Below, in pieces: positions 50,473 through 64,000 of a stretch of 64,000 bases of DNA. The first letter of the stretch is position 1. Each line of letters begins with the position of its first letter. The notes under the pieces are model-generated. The model saw nothing but the letters and a program-made list of their open reading frames with translations, ran no database searches and was not told where the DNA came from. This DNA is from Octopus vulgaris (taxonomy: Eukaryota). Where the stretch lies: NCBI GenBank assembly GCA_951406725.2, contig OX597828.1, forward strand, positions 69,750,001 through 69,814,000. Direction: 5' to 3'. Both the position numbers and the translations under genes were made by a program.

Positions 50473-51559
50473 GTATATATATATGTATGTATGCATGTAT
50501 GTATGCGTGTATGTATGTATGTATGTATGTGCATGTATGTATGTGTTTATGTATGCATGTATGTTTTTAGTCTTGTGAAAATACAGTGTGAATAGGTCAC
50601 TCAAGTTACAGTAGTCAAATGAAACTGGAGAAGTGTTTATTAAATGGATTCTACATAATTTCATACACTCATATATCTTATTGGCTTGTCTAATTTTTGC
50701 TGATAGTATCTCAGTTTATGCATGACAAAAGGGTTGCCTTTATGCACACACACACACACACACACACACAACCATCCCAGGCCCATGTTACAAAACTGTT
50801 CGTGTATCTAGGACACTGTTGTCATTTTATATAGAAATATCATACACCACATTACAATATTGTTAATACATCTGGTCCAGTATTGCTGTTACAAAAACAA
50901 ACATCCTTGATCCCTGTTACAGTATTGTTCAGATATCTTGGACAGTGATGTTGTGACATGAACAAGCATCTCAGATTGCATTACAATAACTGCTCACATA
51001 TGAAGGACTGTGAGACTGTTTTATGCACAAAAACATCATAGGCCACATTATAGTATTGCTCACATATTAGACACTGCTGCTGTTACATACACAAACATCT
51101 CTGACCCACATTACAGTACTGCTAAAATATCTGGGAAAATGCTGCTGTGACAGAAACATCAGAGGCCCACATTTCAGCGTTGTGCACAAATCTAGGGCAG
51201 TGATACTCTTACACACATACACACATCATGTACTCATATTATAGATGGCTACTCATAAACTTAAGACTGTGAGATTTAAATATACACAAACATGATAAGA
51301 CCCACAGTGAACTCCACCCCATGAATGTGGAACAGTGATGTTATTAAATACACAACATAAGACCCACATCACAATCCTACTTATAAATCTGCCTACAAAA
51401 CTGATACAGTTACACACATAAACACCAAAGATATATATTACACTACACCTCACAAATTTGGAATAGAGCTGCTTAGACAAACTCAGACATCGTAAGACAC
51501 ACATTGGTGTATTGCTTGCTCACATAGCTAGGACAGTGATGCTGTTACACACCATCATA

Positions 51560-54392
51560 CGACCCACATTACAATACTGCTCATAAATCTAGGACATCAA
51601 GGCTGTTACACTAACCAACATCGTAAGACCCACGTTACAATACTGATCATAAATCTAGGACGTCAATTCTGTTACACAAACCAACATCGTAAGACCCACG
51701 CTACAATACTGGTCATAAATTTAGGACGTTAAGGCTGTTACACTAACCAACATCGTAAGACCCACGTTACAATACTGATCATAAATCTAGGACATCAAGG
51801 CTGTTACACAAACCAACATCGTAAGACTCACGCTACAATACTGCTCATAAATCTAGGACGTCAATTCTGTTACACAAACCAACATCGTAAGGCCCACGTT
51901 ACAATACTGCTCATAAATCTAGGACATCAAGGCTGTTACACAAACCAACATCGTAAGACTCACGTTACAATACTGCTCATAAATCTAGGACATCAATTCT
52001 GTTACACAAACCAACATCGTAAGGCCCACGTTACAATATTGCTCATAAATCTAGGACATCAATTCTGTTACACAAACTAACATCGTAAGGACCCACGTTA
52101 CAATACTGCTCATAAATCTAGGACATCAATTCTGTTACACAAACCAACATCGTAAGGCCCACGTTACAATACTGCTCATAAATCTAGGACGTCAATTCTG
52201 TTACACAAACCAACATCGTAAGACCCACGTTACAATACTGCTCATAAATCTAGGACATCAAGGCTGTTACACAAACCAACATCGTAAGGCCCACGTTACA
52301 ATACTGCTCATAAATCTAGGACGTCAATTCTGTTACACAAACCAACATCGTAAGACCCACGTTACAATACTGCTCATAAATCTAGGACGTCAATTCTGTT
52401 ACACAAACCAACATCGTAAGACCCACGTTACAATACTGCTCATAAATCTAGGACGTCAATTCTGTTACACAAACCAACATCGTAAGACCCACATTACAAT
52501 ACTGCTCATAAATCTAGGACATCAATTCTGTTACACAAACCAACATCGTAAGACCCACGTTACAATACTGCTCATAAATCTAGGACATCAATTCTGTTAC
52601 ACAAACCAACATCGTAAGACCCACATTACAATACTGCTCATAAATCTAGGACATCAATTCTGTTACACAAACCAACATCGTAAGACCCACGTTACAATAC
52701 TGCTCATAAATCTAGGACATCAATTCTGTTACACAAACCAACATCGTAAGACCCACGTTACAATACTGCTCATAAATCTAGGACATCAATTCTGTTACAC
52801 AAACCAACATCGTAAGACCCACATTACAATACTGCTCATAAATCTAGGACATCAAGGCTGTTACACTAACCAACATCGTAAGACCCATGTTACAATACTG
52901 CTCATAAATCTAGGACATCAATTCTGTTACACAAACCAACATCGTAAGACCCACATTACAATACTGCTCATAAATCTAGGACATCAAGGCTGTTACACTA
53001 ACCAACATCGTAAGACCCACGTTACAATACTGCTCATAAATCTAGGACATCAATTCTGTTACACAAACCAACATCGTAAGACCCACATTACAATACTGCT
53101 CATAAATCTAGGACATCAAGGCTGTTACACTAACCAACATCGTAAGACCCACGTTACAATACTGCTCATAAATCTAGGACATCAATTCTGTTACACAAAC
53201 CAACATCGTAAGACCCACGTTACAATACTGCTCATAAATCTAGGACATCAAGGCTGTTACACAAACCAACATCGTAAGACCCATGTTACAATACTGCTCA
53301 TAAATCTAGGACATCAATTCTGTTACACAAACCAACATCGTAAGACCCACATTACAATACTGCTCATAAATCTAGGACATCAAGGCTGTTACACTAACCA
53401 ACATCGTAAGACCCACGTTACAATACTGCTCATAAATCTAGGACATCAAGGCTGTTACACAAACCAACATCGTAAGACCCACGTTACAATACTGCTCATA
53501 AATCTAGGACATCAAGGCTGTTACACAAACCAACATCGTAAGACCCACGTTACAATACTGCTCATAAATCTAGGACATCAATTCTGTTACACAAACCAAC
53601 ATCGTAAGACCCACATTACAATACTGCTCATAAATCTAGGACATCAAGGCTGTTACACTAACCAACATCGTAAGACCCATGTTACAATACTGCTCATAAA
53701 TCTAGGACATCAATTCTGTTACACAAACCAACATCGTAAGACCCACGTTACAATACTGCTCATAAATCTAGGACATCAAGGCTGTTACACTAACCAACAT
53801 CGTAAGACTCACGTTACAATACTGCTCATAAATCTAGGACATCAATTCTGTTACACAAACCAACATCGTAAGACCCACATTACAATACTGCTCATAAATC
53901 TAGGACATCAAGGCTGTTACACAAACCAACATCGTAAGACCCACGTTACAATACTGCTCATAAATCTAGGACATCAATTCTGTTACACTAACCAACATCG
54001 TAAGACCCATGTTACAATACTGCTCATAAATCTAGGACATCAATTCTGTTACACAAACCAACATCGTAAGGCCCACGTTACAATACTGCTCATAAATCTA
54101 GGACATCAATTCTGTTACACAAACCAATCATCTGTGGACATCAACTTACAAACCAACATCGTAAGGCCCACGTTACAATACTGCTCATAAATCTAGGACA
54201 TCAATTCTGTTACACAAACCAACATCGTAAGACCCACGTTACAATACTGCTCATAAATCTAGGACATCAATTCTGTTACACAAACCAACATCGTAAGGCC
54301 CACGTTACAATACTGCTCATAAATCTAGGACATCAATTCTGTTACACAAACCAACATCGTAAGGCCCATGTTACAATACTGCTCATAAATCT
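51560..54392. repeat. 66-bp minisatellite, about 43 homogeneous copies, with eroded copies out to about 50770 and 54800
   Basis: Unit ACCCACGTTACAATACTGCTCATAAATCTAGGACATCAATTCTGTTACACAAACCAACATCGTAAG; TCTAGGAC at 52381 and 52447. Confidence 0.97.
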
Positions 54393-54809
54393 GAATTAGT
54401 GATGCTGCTAAATAAACATGCCAGCATAAGGGGCCCAGATTGCATTGCTGCTCACAAATCTATGAAGGTGATGCAGTTGCACTCAACTAGGCCCCTATAT
54501 TATAGGCACACATTACAGTACAACACATAGATTTAAGACAGTGCTGCTGTTACATACACAAATATCATAGACCACAAAACGGTACAACTAACAAGTCGAG
54601 GACAAGGTTACTGTTACACCCAGATTACACTTCTGCTAAAATATCTGGGACGGTCCTGGTTTTGCATACATAAACATCCTCCACCCACATTAGAATGTTG
54701 CTCACGAATCTAGGACAGGGTTATTCTAATATTATACACAAGTGTCGTAGACCTTTATTACATACTGCTTATATAAGTACAACAGTGATGTTGCTTCACG
54801 CAAACAAAC

Positions 54810-55651
54810 AAGCATACACACATACATACACATACATACATACATACATACATACACACACACATACATACATACATACACACATACAAACAAGCATACA
54901 CACATACATACATACATACATACATACACACATAGATACATACATACATACATACATACATACATACATACACACACACATAGATACATACATACATACA
55001 TACATACATACATACATACATACATACACACACATACATACATACATACATACATACATACATACACACACATACATACATACATACATACATACATACA
55101 TACATACATACATACATACATACATACATACATACATACATACATACACACACATACACACATACATACATACATACATACATACATACATACACACACA
55201 TACATACATACATACATACATACATACATACATACACACATACATACATACACACATACATACATACATACACACATACATACACACACATACATACACA
55301 CATAGATACATACATACATACATACATACACACACATACATACACACATAGATACATACATACATACATACATACACACACATACATACATACATACATA
55401 CACACACATACATACATACATACATACATACATACATACATACACACATACATACATATATACATACACACATGCATACATACATACATACACACATACA
55501 TACATATATACATACACACATGCATACATACATACATACATACATACACACACATACATACATACATACATACATACACACATACATACATACATACATA
55601 CATAACACACATACATACATACATACATACATACATACATACATACATACA

Positions 55652-55686
<35 letters not shown>

Positions 55687-56141
55687 TTCTTTACTACCCA
55701 CAAGGGGCTAAACACAGAGGGGACAAACAAGGACAGACAAACGGATTAAGTCAATTACATCGACCCCAGTGAACTGGTACTTAATTTATCGACCCCGAAA
55801 GGATGAAAGGCAAAGTCGACCTCGGCGGAATTTGAACTCAGAACGTAGCGGCAGACAAAATACCGCTAAGCATTTCGCCCGGCATGCTAACGTTTCTGCC
55901 AGCTCGCCGCCTATACATACATATATATATACATACATACATACACACACATGTACATACATACATACATACATACAGGACGTATGTATGTATGTATACA
56001 GGACGTATGTATGTATACATACATACATACGTATGTATGTATACATACATACATACGTACATACGTACGTACGTACATACATACATACACACACACATAC
56101 ATACATACATACATACATACATACACTCACACAGGTACACT

Positions 56142-56173
<32 letters not shown>

Positions 56174-56200
56174 CATACATACGTATATACATACATACAT
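54810..56200. repeat. (TACA)n tetranucleotide array with a SINE inserted at 55683-55912
   Basis: Direct reading. Confidence 0.95.
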
Positions 56201-56514
56201 TGGTTATGACAACGAGGGTTCCAGTTGATCTGATTGATGGAACAGCCAGCTCGTGGAATTAATGCACAAGTGGCTGAGTGCCCCACAAACACATGTACCT
56301 TGAATTTAGTTCTTAGGGAGGTTCAGTGTAACACACTGTGTGATGAGGCCAGTTCTTTGAACTACAGGTATGACTCCCTTTTGCCAGCTGAGTGGACTGG
56401 AACAATGAGAAATAAAGTGCTACTGCTGGGAATTGAACTCATGACATACATACATACATACACTCTAGCCACTAAGCAATGTGCCCTCACATATGTACAC
56501 ACATGTGCGCGCAT

Positions 56515-56576
<62 letters not shown>

Positions 56577-56616
56577 TGTGCACATACATAAAAACTCGAC
56601 TTACAAGGCTTTGAGG

Positions 56617-56870
56617 AATCTTTAAAGCTGACAAGAGAGAGACCCAATCTGAAAGCTGTGAAGGGAGGAACCCAATCTGAAAGCTATTAAGAGAGGGACC
56701 CAATCTGAAAGCTGACAAGAAGGGGACCCAATCTGGAAGGGGACCCAATCTGAAAGCTGTGAAAGGAGGAACCCAATCTGAAAGCTATCAAGAGAGGGAC
56801 CCAATCTGAAAGCTGACAAGAAGGGGACCCAATCTGAAAGCTATCAAGAGAGGGACCCAATCTGAAAGCT
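56617..56870. repeat. 28-bp minisatellite with invariant ACCCAATCTGAAAGCT core
   Basis: Core at 56642, 56670, 56698, 56726 (truncated), 56743, 56771, 56799, 56827 and 56855. Confidence 0.9.
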
Positions 56871-57187
56871 GTCCTTTATATCGGTAGTCCCCAATATCTT
56901 TCACACAACTTACTGGTTTTATGTATGACAATTTTTCCATGGCCTGGGGAAACAAGACATAGCAAAGCACAATGCATGTAATTAAATTCTTACTTATATA
57001 ATACATACGTGTTACACAGGGATGGATTACGGCCCATAGAGGTCCTAAGTGCTTATGAGATTATGGTGTCCCCATATATATGTAATTCAAGATATGAACA
57101 ATAATAAACCATAAAATAAATAATTGTTTTTCAAAATGAAACTAAACTATATGATGATGATCATGTGTGTATGTATTTTTGAATGTA

Positions 57188-57231
<44 letters not shown>

Positions 57232-58129
57232 CATGAGCCAGTGTATGTTTGTGCCTTCTTCTCTTGGCACATTGATAGTCGTAAATGAGCGTCACTGTCA
57301 TATAAGCAGAGTGATTCATTCCCAATATTCTGCAAAAATGTGTCTGGTTTGGAAACAGGTGAAAGTTGGCAACAGGAAGGGTACCCATCTGTAGAAAATC
57401 CACTGCAATAAACTTTGATGCATGCAGGCGTGGAACAGAGGACATAAAAGCGATGATTATGATGACAACGATGATGATTATGGTGGTGGTGGTAGTGGTG
57501 GTGATGATATCTTTCTGGAAGAAACTGGCTTTTGTCAAACCTGGAGAAAGATTAGTTCCGCTAATTTTACAAAAACAAAAAAGAAAATCTGTTGGAGACA
57601 TGCTGCATGTCATGATGGCATTGTATCAGGAATTTATGAGCCAAAGACAAAGAAATTGCCAAATCAATGATGAGAGAAGCACCAAATAGATGTACGGCAT
57701 CAAAACATGAATAGGTTGGACTAATTAACATAAATTAGCATAAATTAGCATATTGGAAACAAATAAGTCTCAAAGGTTAATTACCATTAAATGTCTGCTG
57801 CTTTTAATAATAGTCATCAATGCATTATGTAAAATATGTAAGGGTGGGTGGGGGGTATCCTCTGTGGAGTGATGAGTAGTGGGGACAAAATAGGTGTTTG
57901 TACAGTTTATTTCAGTTTTTGTGTTTTGTTTAAATATTAATTTTAAAAAAAACTTTAACAGGCTCAGATGTGGCTGTGTGGTAGGATGCTTGCCTCCTAA
58001 CCACATGGTTTTAAGATCAGTCCCACTGCATGGCACCTCGGGCAGGAGTCTTCTGTAATAGCCCTGAACTGACCCATATCTTGTAAGGGAATTTGGTAGA
58101 TGGAAACTGTGTGGAATCCCATTGTGTGT

Positions 58130-58380
58130 ATGTATCACAATATCAAGCAGACCATTACATGTTGTTATACACCACTGGTCACAATGTACTTCCAATTCTG
58201 TCTTGAGTACACCTTCCTTTACCATCTTGATCCAAATTGCTTGATTGAATTGTCTTCTAATCATCATGGAGGTCTTCTGAGCTGAGTGGCATTTTCCAAT
58301 TTCTTGGACAGCACTCAGCTGCTTGACAAGTCCACCTGTTGTCTGTGAACCTTGTGACATGTCTGGCCCAGAGGAACCTG
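58130..58380 (-). mobile_element. 3' fragment of another RTE-like LINE inserted into a SINE
   Basis: RFLWARHVTRFTDNRWT..AAECCPRNWK resembles the RTE-1 C-terminal WAGHVARxxDNRWT..xWxPR motif. Confidence 0.6.
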
Positions 58381-59223
58381 CATATACAAGTGTGTGTGTG
58401 CATGTGTGCGTGTGTGTGTGAGTGTGTGTGTGTGTGTGTGTTCCCAATACCACTTGACAATCCCATAACTTAGCAGTTTGGCAAAAGAGACTAATAGAAT
58501 AAGTACCAGACTTTAAAAAAAAGTCCTTGGATTGATTTGTTTGACTAAACACTTCAAGGTGATGCCCCAGAATGGCCAGAGCCCAATGACTGAAACAAGT
58601 AAAAGAATAAAAGACGATATTATGATAAACAACCTATTTGTCACAAGTGGGGGTGGTTGAGAGGGGGGAAGCAAGAAAGGTGCCCTCAAACCAGAGAACT
58701 GGCTTGGGTGCTTGCACTAGAACTGACTCTACAAAAGGTACCCAAAGTACCCGAGGTGTCGGGGTGGGGTGGGTGGTTCGGGTCGTAAAGGTGGATTGTG
58801 TCTGGGTTTAAGTGCATATAAGAAAAAAAAAGGCAGGATGGTCATAGTTGGAATATCATTTGATTCTATGTTTGTCCTTTCAGGGATGATTTTGGGATAA
58901 GCAACAACAGCAATGATGACGATGACAACAACAACAACAACAACAATAAAATCCAGTCAGGAAGGATTTGTGAACAACATAAAATTTGTCACTTTTCCAT
59001 TTTAACATCTTTTATTTTTTTATTTGTTTCAGTCATTAGACTGTGGCCAGGCTGGGGCATTGCCTTGAGCAATTTTAGTCAAACGAATTGACCCACTGGT
59101 ACTTATTTTTCTAAACCCTGGTACTTATTCTATCAGTATCTTTTGCTGAACTGCTAAGTTACTGGGACGTAACACACCAACACTGGTTGTTAAGTGGTGG
59201 TGGGGGGGACAAACACAAACATG

Positions 59224-59263
<40 letters not shown>

Positions 59264-59639
59264 CACTTGTATATATATATATATACACATATATATGACA
59301 GGCTTCTTTTAGTTTCCTCGTATCAAATCCACTCACAGGGCTTTGGTCGGCCCGAGGCTATAGTAGAAGACATTTGCCCAAGGTGCCACACAGTGGGACT
59401 GAACCCTGGACCATATGGTGTTAGGGTGATGGAGTGGGGTGTGGAGTTATGTGTAGAAAACAATGGAGGTCTCCCAGGTTTAAATACCAGTTCTTATTTC
59501 TGTTCTGCCACTTTCTGAGTTGAAAATCAGCAAAAAATCACCAAAAAATCAACTTTCACTTTTGTCCGACACCAAAAGTCTATTCAGGTTTTTGTGTTCC
59601 AAGTGAGAAATTGCCATTCTTCCAACAACACTGTTAAAA

Positions 59640-61008
<1,369 letters not shown>

Positions 61009-61064
61009 ATCTGTTTACCTATTTTTCCATCTATCTGCCTGCCTGCCTGTCTATGAGTCTATGG

Positions 61065-61228
61065 GCTCGCTCTAGGCAAGAAGTTAAAAAAAAGTTTTGC
61101 CCGTGACACTCCTTGGACCCTAAGTAAGGCATATGTAAAATTTGAATGAAATTGGTTGTGTAGTTCTCAAGTTTTAGGGAAACACAGACAGACAGACAGA
61201 CAGATAGACAGACACATATTCTCAGTTT

Positions 61229-61240
<12 letters not shown>
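61065..61240 (+). mobile_element. Possible Helentron/HINE-like non-autonomous element end
   Basis: AAATTTGAATGAAATTGGTTGTGTAGTT..AAGTT followed by (CAGA)n and TTTTATATATA. Confidence 0.45.
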
Positions 61241-61266
<26 letters not shown>

Positions 61267-62002
61267 TACCTGTTTGTCTATCTCTCACTAAGTGTCATTA
61301 CTAAATTAGATAATTGTGTAAAATGAACAGGGTATATCCTGTTTTGGTTCACTCCCACCCATCCTACCCCTTACATACCCACTTACATACTATTATAACA
61401 TCTTACCCAAAACTCCTCATATCCACCCACCTTCATAGACCATCACCCACATCCACCACACCCACCCACATTCAGATATGTTTACATTTTGTTAATCACT
61501 GTTTACTCTCTTTGTGTATGTGTGTGTGTGTGCATATGTGTGTGACCATGTGTGCATGTGTGTGCAAGTGTGTGTGTGTGTGTATGTGTGTGTGTATACA
61601 TCCACCTTCCCCCTGTCTACCCTTTTAATGTCCATCTCTTTGATGCTTGCATTGGTCAGATGAAATTTGTTGAGGCAGATTCTTTTTACGGTTGGATGCT
61701 TTTCCTCTCACCAACCCTCATCCACTTCCAGTCCGGGTAATTTTCCCTTCCTTAGTTTTTGAACATGAACAGCTCAAAGGCCAGACATGTTTTGACAGAG
61801 GACTGCAAATGAATGCCATTGCTTGAGTGACAGAGATGCATGTTTGCAACTATCACAAACACACACACACTGATACGCACACATATACACCCATTCATGC
61901 ACACACACACACACACACACACATCTGTTTAGTAGTGACTGCCAGAAAAAATGATTACTCAATACTATAATAGATTTTGATAATATATTTTTATTTTGGT
62001 AA

Positions 62003-62620
62003 CGTGGTCGATGCCAGTGCCGCCTGACTGGCTCCTATGCTAGTGGCACATAAAAAGCACCAACCGAATGTGGCCGATGCCAGGGCCACCTGATTGGCTC
62101 CTATGCCAGTGGCACATAAAAAGCACCATCCGAATGTGGCCGATGCCAGTGCCGCCTGATTGGCTCCTATGCTAGTGGCACATAAAAAGCACCATCCGAA
62201 TGTGGCCGATGCCAGTGCCGCCTGACTGGATCCTATGCCAGTGGCACATAAAAAGCACCATCCGAATGTGGCCGATGCCAGTGCCGCCTGATTGGCTCCT
62301 ATGCTAGTGGCACATAAAAAGCACCATCCGAATGTGGCCGATGCCAGTGCCGCCTGACTGGATCCTATGCCAGTGGCACATAAAAAGCATCATCCGAATG
62401 TGGCCGATGCCAGGGCCGCCTGATTGGCTCCCCATGCTGGTGGCATGTAAAAAGCAACCACCACACTCTCAGAGTGGTTGGCGTTAAGAAGGGCTTCAAG
62501 CTGTAGAAACCTTGCCAGATCACATTGGAGCCTGGTGCAGCCTCCTGGCTTTGCAGACCTCAGTCAAACCGTCCAACCCATGCCGGCATGAAAAGCGGAC
62601 GTTAAACAATGATGATGATG
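62003..62620 (+). mobile_element. RTE 3'UTR copy with its internal unit amplified to about 7 tandem 66-bp repeats
   Basis: GATGCCAGTGCCGCCTGA... recurs at 62010, 62076, 62142, 62208, 62274, 62340 and 62406, followed by the standard tail. Confidence 0.88.
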
Positions 62621-63539
62621 AGTCAATCTCTTACTATTTTGAGTTTCACCTGTGGGTGTAGGGGGTCTTCAGGCAAGTTTTACCTGAAGCCTTCGTCCAT
62701 AGTAAGGTGCCATGCATATATACTTATATCATCATCATCATCATCATTTGATGTCCATCTTCCATACTGGCATTGGTTGGATGGTTGACGGGATCCAGTA
62801 GGTGCAAGGATCAATGCAGTTCAATGTCGGACCACAGTTCCCCAAGTGATCAATAATTTGTACAAAATCAACCTGATCCAGTCTCAGACTAGTCTATCGA
62901 TCAGCACACTCATCGGATCAATGTGTCTCTGCTTTACACAGTTGATATAATCCATCCTGGCACTCTGTCTGGAATCTGGGATTCTATCAGAGGTTACAGG
63001 ACATTCAAGGACAGCCACACTTCCTGGTGGCCATCACCCACGGCAATCATGAGAGTCCCTGCATTGTTTCCTGCTCATTTACTCTTCAGACATATAACAA
63101 AAACTGCACCTGAAGACACCAGTATACAACACTGACTGAACTGTTATGTCATTAAATACAATTACAATTACAAGCACAATTAACCACAAGACATTGTTAA
63201 TGAATCCTACAAACCACTTCTCATTATTTTGTGGTTTATTAACGAACAAAAATGGAGTACAGGAGTCATTTTAAGAGCAGCTTAATTAATTATTACTTTA
63301 AACTTGCTTTGAGTAGATTTTAATTTTCAATGGTTCGATGGTCACAATATGAGATTAATTAAACTGGCTAATTACTACTCATTATTTTTTTGGATAAACT
63401 TAAGACAGCAAGCTGGCAGAAACCGTTACTGCGCTAGATAAAATATTTTGTTAATATTTACATTCTGAGTTCAAAATACGTGCGAGATTGACTTTATCTT
63501 TCATTCTTCTGGGACCAATAAAATGAGAACCATTTGAGC

Positions 63540-64000
63540 CTCAGATACAACATTGGCAACACCCGAATACGGAGATACATCGGATGCTCCGGTAACACGT
63601 TTGTAGTGACGCTATACAACAGCGCGCGCGCGCAACGTCCTTTTCTGATTCGCGCGTGTTTTCATCAACAGAAGAGGGAACATTGCTATCGTGGAATTAG
63701 CTGATTGGCTAGGAAAAGCGACCCTTAGAAAAGAGGCAAGGGAACGCAAAAACCTTGACCATCAGCGACCAGCGTCCAGCGTCCAGCAGAGACAGCAGAA
63801 GGCTTTTGATACCAGCAGACGTATATTTCTCTCTGTCCAGCTTTGATAGCAGTCGGCCGAAGGTTTTTTACCAAATTGTTGCAGACAACATCGTCTTCGT
63901 ATTCCGCGGCCATCTTTAACCCGTTCTGTTTTTAGCGGCTGAACATTGTAAATCTTACAAGCGATTAACTTTCAGCCTTGCGCGCCCAGAACCAAGGATA
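63540..64000. promoter_or_regulatory. CpG-rich promoter-like region, probably of a neighbouring gene
   Basis: Sharp rise in CpG in repeat-free sequence, (GC)6 at 63622-63633, CCAAT box (CTGATTGGCT 63701-63710), YY1-like CGGCCATCTT 63907-63916. Confidence 0.6.

Noticed and set aside
51560-54392. CRISPR-like array
   Set aside because: Units are whole-length tandem copies with no unique spacers, there are no cas genes, and the context is eukaryotic.
56642-56870. CRISPR-like repeat/spacer pattern
   Set aside because: The 12-nt linkers recur in three types, so this is a minisatellite.
62010-62460. Shared origin of the two 66-bp arrays
   Set aside because: Same period but no visible sequence similarity; this array derives from the RTE 3'UTR.
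62820-63140. Coding-looking unique stretch (YNPSWHSVWNLGFYQRLQDIQGQPHFLVAITHG)
   Set aside because: Short, with no recognisable motif or splice frame; cannot be supported without a search.
63725-63913. 62-aa ORF as a standalone gene
   Set aside because: No recognisable homology or downstream exons; kept only as part of the promoter-like finding.

Overview
Repeat-dense eukaryotic DNA, most likely an octopus-type cephalopod (inferred from the SINE/RTE repeat families and the heavy (TA)n/(CA)n load). The only well-supported gene is the 5' part of the SNF2-family remodeller CHD1L (ALC1) on the minus strand. Nine GT-AG exons were traced by hand from ATG 43125 down to 2591 (1153 nt, all phases consistent), and the gene continues beyond the left edge. 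The rest is a near full-length but frameshifted RTE-type LINE (about 32830-36557) with many 5'-truncated copies, at least four tRNA-derived SINE families, piggyBac-type TTAA MITEs, Penelope remnants, minisatellites (66, 66, 28 and about 21 bp units), microsatellites and a CpG-rich promoter-like patch at the right edge. Two observations stand out. (1) An antisense copy of CHD1L exon 4 (about 80% identical) sits in intron 2 and could pair with the exon in the pre-mRNA, making it a candidate ADAR editing-complementary or splicing element. (2) Several fold-back or (TA)n-embedded inserts carry minimal type I hammerhead-ribozyme-like cores of the Penelope kind. All alignments were done by eye; no searches were run.
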